Part shown: one piece after another, positions 12,287 to 23,868 of the stretch
Numbering within the stretch: position 1 is the stretch's first letter
Layout of the letters: every line of letters starts with the position of its first letter
Assembly: GCA_965113315.1 (NCBI GenBank)
Contig: OZ220366.1
From: Podarcis vaucheri
Taxonomy: Eukaryota
Reading direction: 5' to 3' (one strand)
DNA length: 64,000 bases
Program-made: the position numbers and the translations under genes
The notes under the pieces: generated by a model
Told to the model about the DNA's origin: nothing
Databases searched by the model: none
What the model saw: only the letters and a program-made list of their open reading frames with translations

Positions 12287-12817
12287 CATGCACTGCTAAA
12301 GGGATTTAATATGAAAATTGACTTCTGCTGCATGAGAAGTATACAGACAGTATGTTCCCATAGTTAAGAGAATAGAAGTAGGTTCTTCTTCCACAGGACA
12401 TATGGTTGGTTGAAATGAGTAATACATTACCTCCTGTTTTAAATGTAGATGCTTCAAATTCCTGTTAAGACAGAATCCTGATCAAACTTGTCAGGTGCTG
12501 CTGTCCTGGTTAAGTGAGCTTAATACCATTATGCTTTTTTCCCAGGCAAATGCCTATTGTGAGAATTTTATACCTTGAATCTATTTCCCTTACCTAGTTT
12601 CACAGAGGATTTTTATTCCTTCTGCCCATCTTATCAGACTAGTTGATCCAAAAAGGGTTCACATACATCTCTATCGGCAAAATGGAAGTGAGAGTCTGCT
12701 TATCAGAACTCATACTGGACTAAGGCTGCATACACCCACTTCCCAAACTCAGGGGCTGTAGTTTATCCCTTACAGAGCAATTCCCAGCACCCTTAAACTA
12801 CAGATCCTAGAATTCTT

Positions 12818-13338
12818 GGGCTGGATTTAGGTTTGATGAGGCCCTTTGTATATGCTATATGGTAATTTATGGACCTAATAGGTATCTAAAGCCATTTGCA
12901 CATAACAAAATATGTATTTTATCAAAGTAATTGTTAAACATCTTCTCAATTGTATTTCAGTTCATCTTATATATTGGAAATATACATCCAGTTTTTTCCT
13001 TTAATTTTTTTGGAAGCCTCCAAGAGAGTAGGGCCCCAAGCTATATAGCTCTTTTTAGGTTATACAGTGGTGCCCCGCAAGACGAATGCCTCACAAGATG
13101 AAAAACTCGCTAGACGAAAGGGTTTTTCAGTTTTGCGTTGCTTTGCTAGATGAATTTCCCTATGGGCTTGCTTTGCAAGACGAAAACGTCTTGTGCTTTT
13201 TTTTTTTTGAAGCAGCTTGAAGAGGCGCAGTTGCGATGGACCGTGCTTCGCAAGACGAAAAGCATCGCAAGACGAAAAGACTCGTGGAACGAATTCTTTT
13301 CGTCTTGCGAGGCACCACTGTATGTAAATCTGGCACTG
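12818..13338. mobile_element. hAT-like MITE (middle element of the nest)
   Basis: gggctggattta ... taaatctggcactg inverted ends; interrupts the outer element. Confidence 0.6.
13065..13320. mobile_element. Tc1/mariner (Tigger/pogo-like) MITE (inner element of the nest)
   Basis: TIRs cagtggtgccccgcaagacgaa / ttcgtcttgcgaggcaccactg with TA on both sides; internal cgcaagacgaa repeats. Confidence 0.9.
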
Positions 13339-13493
13339 GGCAGAGGTGGTTAAATGTATGGGGTGTGCACAGCCTAAATCTGATCTTTCAAAAATACACT
13401 TCTGGAGCTTTAAATCTATAAATTAAGTTGAAAAGAACAAAGAAAATGCTTTTCTATCTAAAGAACTGAAACCATGTGTTCTGTGTATTTTTA

Positions 13494-13499
13494 AATAAA
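13494..13499 (+). terminator. CD247: Candidate distal poly(A) signal of CD247
   Basis: AATAAA with upstream tgta and a pyrimidine/U-rich downstream tract; further AATAAA at 13761 and 13806. Confidence 0.5.
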
Positions 13500-14195
13500 A
13501 GCTTCTTAAATATACCTGCTTTTCCCTCTTCTGGTCTTATTCTGCATTCGTTTGAACTTCATAGTGCCATGTTGCAGTGGAAAGTAAAAGGGGAAAAAGA
13601 GCTTAATGAAAAGGAGCAATAAGTCCTACAAAACCTTAAGATTTAAAGATAAACAAGGGTCCACAGATCTCACATCACTGACTTTTAGGACAGTTTAGAA
13701 GGGCAGCAATATCTATTGTAGGACCAAACAAGTAGTATGCATGACACATGCGCCTGTAGCAATAAACAAATTATCTTGTCAAGGACACAAATGTAGAGAA
13801 TACTAAATAAATGTGCATTACGATGTTGAGCTAGTTAGACAACCTGCACATGGTGGTTACTTAACTGAAAGAATTTAACACATCCTGTTCAACATGGAAG
13901 CCGTAAGTTACTAGTAGTGTAAGCTTTTAAAATGAATCTGGCATATTTATTTTCTGCAGAATAACAGAACTGAGTGGCTTACCTGTTTCTGCTGTCCAAT
14001 TATGTGAGTCTTCTAACCTGAGATGTCTTGTAATTTGTAGTTGGGAGAAAATAAGGAGGAACATCCTTCAGCTCCGGATTGTCAGGTTTAAAACAACAGA
14101 AATACAAGGTTCTGCCATTTCTTTTCAGCCATTTCCTTTCACTTGTTCAAAAACCACAAACCAGTGCATGCATGTTAAAACACTTGGAAAAATGG

Positions 14196-14201
14196 TTTAA
14201 T
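14196..14201 (-). terminator. POU2F1: Candidate distal poly(A) signal (ATTAAA) of POU2F1
   Basis: tttaat on + strand; on the - strand it is preceded by several UGUA motifs and followed by GU-rich ggtttgtggtttttg. Confidence 0.6.
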
Positions 14202-15591
14202 GATGTTTACAACAGAAATGAACTGTACAGTTACAGTAAGTTTTATATATATAAAAATTACAGCAGACAAATGCATCTACACAAAATCTACCATTTTCAT
14301 CCTGATTCACTATAATCTACACAGTCTCTCTCAATGCCCACAGCCACCTGTAGGCAGCCACTAGGGAAAAATAGAAGGTATATTTAAAGAGACAGCATCC
14401 TTTTCATCTCCATTTTGGAGACACACACAGTTTCAAATTAGGGCCTTACAGTTCTCAAATTTAAAGTTAGGCAAGAATGCATTGTATCTTAATATATTTA
14501 TCACAGTTAGATACAAAGTGTTCATGTAAATTAAGCTGTACAATTGACCACATTAGCAGGCCTGAGGAAGATATAAGCCAACTTGATGGTTGACGACAGG
14601 GAAGCTCTGTAATCAACGCAAATCTCTCTTTTTTGCCATAGGAAGAGCTCAGGATTTTATAAATCAATTTCCACAAACCATAGCTTTCTTGGCAAGATGC
14701 CTCCCCCCCCACTATAAAAACAAAAAGCATAAATTCCTAGCATAGTAATATCCGTGCTTTTAGTTGTTCAATTGCTATACTTTGAGTCTTGCCTCACCTT
14801 TCAAAATTAAAGGACGATGTTTTCAGGGAACTGGACCTTTATGGGAGGGCAAAAGTACAATCTCACTGTTATAAGCATGCTGTCTCTTTAAAAAAAAAAA
14901 GGAATAAAGATCCCCCTGTTGGGAATGGCAATCAGAGAAAATGCAATCTAAATCGACAATCTGGTGGAAATCACAGATTATGTACACTTTTTCTCAATTA
15001 TGAACACCTAGGCAGTGAAAACTGTTGTGTTAATACATACATTGACACACCCAAAACATACAAAAATACTATTATTTCAAACTACTAAGAATAAGACAAT
15101 TCAGTTATCTCCATGCTATGACTTTAAGAGCATTACACTGAAACAAACAAGAATTTAAACGACATTTTTAATATCCCAGAAATATACCAAAATATACATC
15201 TAAGCTTTGGAATTACTGAGGTTAGACTAATGCAAGTGCTGGGTAATTGTACTTAATACACAAGTCTAAGGTTCTGCAGGAACGAAATTATCTTTGGTAT
15301 CTGCATCAGGCTAATATTATTAACATTTGGATTTTGCTTTGGGATAGAGCTTGTATGACCCTAGAACCAAACACCCCCTAATCAACTGAGATTTAAAAGA
15401 TCCATGTAAAAAGTTCCTTCATTGGCAACCCCCCCTCCCCCAAAGTTTAAAAAGTCATAGGCATCTACCTACCTAGCACAAAAGGTTGAGAAATACAATG
15501 CATAGTTGCACAGTGGTGCTGCAAAAATAATTAAAAGAACAAAAAAGAAGCGGGGGGGGGGAGAGAAAGAAAAACAAAACTTTTTTTTCAG

Positions 15592-15882
15592 AGATTTTGC
15601 ACAACAGGACAGCCTCCTCCAAGCAGTGGCGGGGGGGGGGGAGAGCTCAGAAGTGCACCTCAGCGTGTATTAATATCACCCAGCTCCCAAAGGGTTAAAA
15701 GCACCCACCAGAGCCGCCAGTCATGCACCAATGTCTTCAGCTTCACAACCAATCTGTGGAGTCCATCACTTTCCCCCACTGAACTCTCCCTCCCAATGGC
15801 TGTGCGCCTTTGGATTTGTGGAGGTCAAACAGAACTTGGTCTCCCAAGCAAGCTAGCACAGGATGGGACCGAGCCATCGTAG
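15592..15882 (+). CDS. CD247: Putative CD3-eta-like alternative terminal exon of CD247, antisense within the POU2F1 3' UTR
   Basis: Acceptor ttttttttcag|15592 opens a 96-codon phase-0 frame containing KSTHQSRQSCTNVFSFTTNLWSP; acceptor acaacag|15608 reads DSLLQAV. Both resemble parts of the mouse eta tail as recalled (DSHFQAV...ESTQQSSQSCASVFSIPTLWSP). Expression is not shown by the sequence. Confidence 0.5.
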   Translation, partial: RFCTTGQPPPSSGGGGGELRSAPQRVLISPSSQRVKSTHQSRQSCTNVFSFTTNLWSPSLSPTELSLPMAVRLWICGGQTELGLPSKLAQDGTEPS

Positions 15883-17839
15883 AGATATGATTGGTGCTGA
15901 AGACGCCCCTTTTGTCTTTGGTTTGTTTGTTTGTCTGTTTTGAGTTTATACAATCATTAGGAAATCTTTGGTTTTGGCTGGAAATTTCTAAAAGAACAAA
16001 ACAAAACAAAGAAACCGCCCCCCTTGGCATATAGCAGTGCACCGTGACCTGGAAAAGCTTCTCTTTCCAAAGGGTGGGGAAACTACATTCAAAGTAAAAT
16101 GGCAGAAGGGACAGGGATGCAGCTTCTGGTTAGCCTAGAGGCGGGGACGGGGAGGAACAAGATTGTCAAATAATAAACGAAGGAAATTAAATATGGGAGG
16201 AGCATGAGAGAAACAAAATCAAAAAGTAGCGAGCAATATGCATGCAGCACTTGGCTGCGAGGAGCTGTCAGGGTCCTGCCTTGACCCTGCAGTACATTAT
16301 AGCCCTGACATCTCACCAGGGGGGAGGGAGAAGGCAGCATGGAGGTTTCATGCACGGATTGGGAGTGGAGATGGATATTCACAGACTACGAGAGGACCCC
16401 TGGTAACCAAAAGAAATAGAAGATTGCAATTTGCCCTCAGTTTGCAGTAGCTTTTAAGCAGCGACATTCAGAGGCTTTAAGGGGTCGCCCCCCAGGTTGC
16501 AGGTCACAGGATGCTATAAGCCAGAGTTCCACGTTAATCAAGGGAGGGAGGGCAGTCTTGGCAACTCTGTAGGGTTTGGAGAAAGTTAAAGCAAGTTACT
16601 CAGTTATGAGTTAGAAATGAGGTATACGACAGCTCCCGTACCTGTGGCGGATAAACACCCAACACTTACTCACACCTAGCCTTAGACACTACCACAGAAG
16701 AAGGAAATGGAACAGCGACACGGTGGGACCAGGGGAGCGCAAGCAAAACGGCCGGAGTCCCGTGATGCTCTCAAATGCACTTGCACCTGACCTCTTATCT
16801 CCTGGATTTTAGAGAAAAGCCTATATCTTCCCTCCAGGGAGGTTCAAATAAATGGAAGTGACTTACCAATCAGTATATGGGTATCTGCTGTGGCTTCTTC
16901 CTCAAATTCAAATACAGAAACTGGATCGAAAATGCCAATGTGCTAACATGGATTAGATGGGACAAGTGACAGTTTCCCCCCAGCCCTGACAAAAGGTGTT
17001 TGTTCCAAGGCTGTTGGCCAGGCTGGCTGGCTTGTATTGTGCAGATATTAATTTGACACAGATCTGTACTCCTTAATATTTACCACTATTCCTGTGGTAC
17101 TCTTGCCAGAAACATTCACCATTTACCCTTATAGCCCCCTGGTGGGTTAAAGACATTTCTGCTAGAAATACTTCAGGAAGGCTTTTGTTTTGATGGGTTC
17201 TACATTGTAAAAACAGAGAATTTTTGGTGAGAACAAAGATCAGAGTTTTAGAAATGTTTGGGGAAAGAGCCAACAACAAACTATTAAACCCATATTTTCG
17301 CCTGAGTGAGGTAAAGAGAAATAAGGCAGAAGAGGGGAGACATTCCAACCTTCCTCATAGTACTAAGGATCTTCCTCTCATGATCCCATCTCCCAACTGG
17401 TTGTTTCATTTCCTTCCTCAGATTTGTTTTCTTTTAAAGCACACCTTGTTTTCCACATCTTTTGTTCCAAGTGCTCTTATCTTTGAGAGGTCATTTTCCA
17501 TTTCCCTATTACCTACTTATAAATCTACCTAGCTCTTAGAAAAGTCACACAATATTAATACCACTTTACATAATGTCAGAACAATAAGTCTATTAGTAAA
17601 GCTTTCCAGGGAAGTTCTGCAACCCAGCTGATTTCCAGAGGAAGAATAGCTGGACAACTAATATATATTTACCTTCTCCCTTGCTTCCCACGTGAACATG
17701 TCAGGCTTGACTGATGCAATTCATCAAGCCAACAGCATGTAATGTGACAATGCCCAAAGCTATTCCGGGGAGGAAAGAAAGACGTCTCCAAGGTTTTCCA
17801 CTATGAAAACCCACAGGACTTCTGAAATGATGTGAAACA

Positions 17840-17889
17840 GAGGACAATGCAGTTTTGATATTTAGGAGGACAATGCAGTTTTGATATTT
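17840..17889. repeat. Tandem duplication of a 24-nt unit
   Basis: gaggacaatgcagttttgatattt at 17840-17863 and 17866-17889. Confidence 0.9.
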
Positions 17890-20800
17890 TAAGAATAAAA
17901 CCAAGTTTTCCCTACGTCCAACAGTTGCTTGTGATCTTGGGTGTTGAACTTGCCTCCAGTATGTCCTCAGAAAAAGTATCCAAACCAACCCTGTGCATTA
18001 AGAAGGTAGGAAAACCAACACATGAGGAGATCCTCCAAGTCAAGAGTCATCAAATCAAACCTCTAAGACCACACAATCTTTTGCCGAAGACATCCTGAAA
18101 ACAGCAGAGCTGCCAAAAACTAAGCAGTATACCTTTGGTTCCTATCAAAACATTGGAAATTCTCCCCCTCCAGCTGAAGCTCAGGTTTTCCTTTCCCACC
18201 GCCGGAAATATACTTCCTCACACAAACACACACTCTGTATTCTTCTGCAATCAGAGAAAGGAGATGCTTCAGAGTCAGGATGGAAGCAGATGAAGTCTCC
18301 CAAGAATGCCATCCAAAATCTGAACCATGTCCTGTGAAAGAAAAATGACTCAACCTTCCAGAAAAAGAAACCCACATCCAATATTGCCTCTTTTCTCCTG
18401 AAGTCTGCCTCACAGAATCTTATCCCTTTCAGGTACTCTATACTTAGGTACTAGGAGCAGGGTAGCATTTAGTTTGGTTTCTCTTCTGCTATTTTTGGTC
18501 TAGACAGGATTAGCATTGCTATTAGAAAATTAAATTAATTACCACATACTACATTCAATAACAAGACAAGCAGGGATAAAAAGAACTGTTTCACTTTGTT
18601 CTCCCAAATATCCTCCTCCTTTTCCAAATGTAAAAGTCTTGGCCCAGCTGCAGCCCTAGTGCAACTACGTGGACTAAAATGGGTTGCTAATTCATCTCCT
18701 TGTATGCCCCCTCCAAGCACACAAACTTGCTCAATATTTACATCCCCACCAAGGCCCTTGGTTTGCCAATAGAAAGAAAGCAGGGAGGCAGAGGTCATGC
18801 ACACCTAGAAGGACCCTGGAAGCAATACAGCAACTCAGTTATGTCTGCTGTTATGTAGCGTGTTGACAACGATAGCCAATGACAAAGTAGAAAAAGACGT
18901 TGCAAGCAACATTTGCCTTCTAGCACAGCTAACTCTCTCTCCTTCCCGCCCCCACCCCATACCCTATAAAGTTGTAGCCTAAATACAGAACTGCGAATAC
19001 ATACAGCATAAGTCAGGGTCTTCAAAACTAAACTCTACAGCTAGAATTACTTCCATTATTTATAAAGTTTCTCTCCCGATTTTCCATTCTGCAAATGATA
19101 CTAAAGCTATGCTGAGGTATTTTTTTTATAAAAAAAAGGTGCCAGAAAGCCAGCTGCTACCAAAAAGCATTGTTCCTACAACCCTGTAACAATGCCTGCT
19201 TACTGAAAGAGAGACAAGAAGGGGTGGAAGGAGACTCCTAAGTTATGTCAGAGGAGAAGCCTTCATTTTGCTCCTTAGGGTCAAAAACATTTGGCATGCT
19301 TCATGCCAACATTCAGCCCAACTACATGTATACCGCATGTTTGGACAAAGGTCAGTAAAGGTCATAGCAGTAAAGCAATGTCAGGCAGTGTGACTACGAC
19401 CTTTCTTTCTCTCGAGAATAAAGCTAATTTAATTCCAGTGTGACTCAAGAGTCACTTCACACACTGTAATTTGCCTTCACAGAGAATGTCTATGCATAAA
19501 ATAGCAACAGGCACTGCACATTATGATGCAATTTCCTAAAAGGATGCTATATCTGTATGTAGGAAAGTGAAATGTGTGGAACAGACCTCTTATCATCCTG
19601 CATATTATCCCAGGAGGATTAAAGACTACTGTGATCTGTTGATAGTGAGGCTGAACTCAACATTGCAAAACCGATTCAGAAATGTATTAGGGATAGGCTG
19701 CGGCAACTAATCAATGCTAGGTCCAATATATCTCAAGTTTTCTTTCACAATCTATATAGATGTCTGTATTAAGAATTTTAAACTTTTGAAAGTCTCCCTA
19801 GAAAAGTGGAAATGAAATATAGGTTTCATTTTTCCATTGACTATTAATCAAATGCCTTTTGATTAAATTTGTGTAATCTGAAAATGTTTTGGGCACACAG
19901 GAAAAAGGCAGAGCGGACTGGCATGACTGGGCATCTGTCCAAGGCCCTCTGCTGCCAAGAGTCTCCTTGTTCTGCTCCAGTGATAAGGGAGATTTGCTGA
20001 GGGAGGAACCCATGGAAGATCTCCTGCTCAAGGGCCCTTCCAAACATGAAGCCAACACTGGGGAGGGTGAATGTTTACAAATTGGACAGTACACCATCCC
20101 ACAACACTCACAAAAGTAAGAAGACTCTGGGTAAATTGGCACTAGTTCCAGGTGCATTCCTTTTTTTCTGAAGCTGTTCATACAGGGCACGGACTTTGGC
20201 ATCAAAGTCCATTCAAGAAGCTCAGGGATCTCAGCCAACTTTTATCACTTAAGCCAATAGAAAAGCTCCCTACTGGCAAGTTCGACTTGGCCTAATAACT
20301 GCATGGAGCAAGAACTTTGCAAGTGAATGTCTTAAAAGAGTGTATTGCTTAAAAAAACATTAGATTGTAACTTTGTAAAAAAATTGGCTAACGAGTCCTG
20401 AGAAGTTTTGGTTAGAGATGAATAACCATAATCAGCCAGCCAGATTCTCCTTTGGTAGTGTTTTCTCTATAATGGGTTATACCTATATACATTTATGAAC
20501 CTCTAGAACCCTTTTAGAATTCATCTTCTAAAAAGTGCATGTAGGCACATACAGATCGAGCATAAACAGACTCCTAATGTCAGAGAGAAAGGATTACATG
20601 TTCAAAGCAGAAGAGAGACTTCTACGTGGGATGTTGTTTTTTTAAAAAGGTCATTAACAGCACGAATATGATGAAATGATGTATCTGCCTAAATGTGCAC
20701 TTCCATTACAAGAAATTATGTTACTGAAAAATATAGGCATCGAAAAGATATTGTTAAATAATTCTACCTAACAAAAGTGTCGTCTGAAAGGTTAATAAAG

Positions 20801-21064
20801 GAACTTTTATGGTAAATATAGCTGCTACACTTGTGTGGCTCCAAAAGCAACAAGGCCATAGCAAAAGCTTTAATTATACCAAACACTAATCAAGTCAGTT
20901 AGTGGATTTTGCATCCTTGTGATGCTAACTGCCCCTGCAGCTCAAACCCCAAGCATAACTGTATGGCCCCACAGTGGAACCAGTGCAAGATTACATTTAA
21001 ATTGGGGAAAATGTTCATAAAGCAAGACTTGAGTGATATTTTCCCACATCTTATCACTTACAAA

Positions 21065-21087
21065 AATGAATGAATGAATGAATGAAT
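21065..21087. repeat. (AATG)n microsatellite
   Basis: Directly visible. Confidence 0.9.
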
Positions 21088-22614
21088 CTATGTGTTATCT
21101 GTTCAGTGCTCACACTTCCTATGTAATATTTGATGCAAATATTTTCGTTTTGAATGTGGTCTCACAAAGTTCCTACCAGATCCTGAACATAAATAAATGC
21201 CCCCATGCAAAAACCACGTGAACCCTCCACCTCAGGTGCCAAACACTGCACCAGAGCCAGTCTTTGCTTAGGCTGCAGTGTAGCCCAACATCCAGTAACT
21301 GAAATAAGCCATCAGTGTGGTAGCAAATAAAATACAGGCTTTATCTTGTAATGGGCAGCCTACATTCTTCAAGGTTTTTAGAACAGCAATTAGAAAGACA
21401 GTTAAAGCATGATATTACCAACCTAACCCCACGTAATATACAACTGAAATAGGGAAGGGAAGGAGATAAGGCAACAATGGACTCTTAAGCCTGGTTTCTG
21501 GCACCGGAAATTCAGCAATAAGTACTTCTGTTCTTCCTTTATAACTTCAATCAATAATATCTTTGGTTGAACTTATCCAGTAAAAATGCCTTAGATGACA
21601 ATCAACATAAAACTAAACTTAACCTATCAGGTATTTTCCTTGGCAATTGAAGCTTAGGAGTTATTTTTAAAATATAGCATGGATTCACCATTCACAACTG
21701 CTTTTCCATCACAGGACACCCAGGCGACCCATTTTTATAACATCACGTTTGTAGCTTTTCCTAGCCGTGTTTATACACAGGCTCAGGCATCAGGGTTCTG
21801 GTAACTCACATAAATATGTCATTGTAAAGCAACTTTGTAATGTTTCTGAGCAGGTACAGACTTAGTGCAGAGCAGGTTGTAGGACTGCAATTCCCCTACC
21901 CTCTTTCTGTCAGCCTTAAACACGGTTAATGTCTGTGCTGGCACTCACCTGAGCCATGGTTAACATGAACGCAGGGATCCTGCAGCCCACCTTCCTTAGT
22001 CAGGGTTAAGATATTGGGAGTATTACATCTGATCCAACTCTATACATCAGGGGAAGTGACATTAAATGATCACTGTCCATTCACATTCACGTGGCATGCA
22101 TATTTAGGTGGCAGGTGGGAAAAACAGCAAAAACTTTTCAGATCCTCCCTTTTATGAGAAATTGTCTCCATCTCATTTCTGTCATATGTTGTAATCCACT
22201 GCACTGCTACTCCTGAATGCCCTGGGTTAATGACAATTCCTACATTAGGCATGCTTGCTTATCTCCAAGGTAAACTAATTCATGGCCCAGACATCTTACT
22301 GCCGGTGCTACTGGGGCAGCATGCAGGAAGAGTGAACAGTTGGGCTGATCTCTGCTGCTCTGGCACTACAAATGGTCATAATAAGGTGACCCAAAGAGCC
22401 AATAAGACTCCACCCTTCTTTATATAACCGTTGTCTCAGCCTTTGCTCTTCAGTCTTAGCAATCTATCACTCAAGTGAAGGTTGAGATGCTAGACTGCCT
22501 GGAAGACTTGCTTGGACCTGCAGAATTATTGGTTAACCTCCCATCCACCAACCCTGACACAGATATATGGAGCAGTTATACATTCTCAAGATGGCAAAAT
22601 AATGTAGAGATATA

Positions 22615-22733
22615 GGGTGGTACTCAACTAATTTTTATGCAGAGTAGACGCACTGAAATTAAGGACAACGACTACATTAGGTCCATTAATTTCAATGGGC
22701 CTACTCTGGGTAAAGCATAGTTGAGTATCACAC
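22615..22733. mobile_element. Old palindromic MITE
   Basis: gtggtactcaacta...agagtagacgcactgaaattaa pairs with ttaatttcaatgggcctactct...tagttgagtatcac. Confidence 0.6.
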
Positions 22734-23824
22734 ATAGTTTACATTTATAACACTTCATAAGCACAAACCTTACAAAGGAAGCGGTCTATTATATCTACAC
22801 ACACTGCAAAGTAAGGGCACATTCAGACATTACTCGTACGTGTGAGCCTCATACATGGGAATGTGTAATGTGCAAATTGGTATATATGGGCAGATTCAAA
22901 AAGGTGTGGAAGAACAACTTTACTTTGAAATTATGAACCTTGCGAGTTTGTCCATCAGTATGATAAGCCATGTATTCAGCTGGAAGAACAACTCTCCTAC
23001 AACAGAAAGTGTCCACACTGGCCCTAAGTGCACACAACTTAGGGTAAATTGAATAGATGTTTTAACTCATCTGTCAATGGTTTGTCTGCTCAATATATCC
23101 CCATTTTTCACACCTTTCAAGGAAGTAGTATTTGCACCCAATAAGGTTCTGGCACTCTGGCTTCTCTAAAATCAATAGAAACATTCCAACTCATCTGAAA
23201 GGGACACGGACTGAACTCTGCCATTTTCGTAAGTAACCTGCAACTGTGGAAACTGCAGGTATGCGGATTAACCTACTGATTTCCTTTTTGGTAATAAAAG
23301 GTGTACTGAAATCTCTCAAGTTTGCAAGCAAACGTTTCAGACTTTGGCCTATGAAACAGATCTGAAACTGTGTGAAATGAAATGACAGCCTAATAACCCA
23401 TGACTGAAAAAATGAAAATAAAATCAACAATCTCTAGAACACTGGAATGCTGGAGTAATTTGTTCAACTAATGCAGTAATGGAAGAATGGTTAGTACTGG
23501 ATATTAGGGACACAGGTATCACACATTGTTTTGGATTACAGGAATTGCACTTGGTAGTGACCAGAAAATTTTCACTATACCAGAACGTTCATGACTTTTG
23601 TGATTATCCTTGTAGCTTTGTGGTAAGAGAAATGTATTATAACTGTGAGGTTCCAGGGCAGATTCTCCAATTATCTGGATCTGATTTTCTGTTGAAGTGT
23701 GTATTGCAGAAGCTGATTATCTATCTATCTCTCTAGAATAGCCTTTCTTCCAGAACAGCTAGGACCCATGGGAATGGTACTCTGGAGGGCACCAGCTTGG
23801 GGCTGGCCGCTCTAGAATGGGAAG

Positions 23825-23826
<2 letters not shown>

Positions 23827-23866
<40 letters not shown>
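23827..23866. repeat. (GT)20 microsatellite
   Basis: Directly visible. Confidence 0.97.

Positions 23867-23868
<2 letters not shown>

Larger units (their letters stand above)
12724..13374. mobile_element. PIF/Harbinger-like MITE (outer element of a triple nest)
   Basis: Imperfect TIRs ggctgcatacaccc / gggtgtgcacagcc, flanked by TAA at 12721-12723 and 13375-13377. Confidence 0.65.

Noticed and set aside
15743-16382. Minus-strand ORFs of 97-99 aa in the POU2F1 3' UTR
   Set aside because: Low-complexity, no recognisable homology, consistent with chance ORFs.
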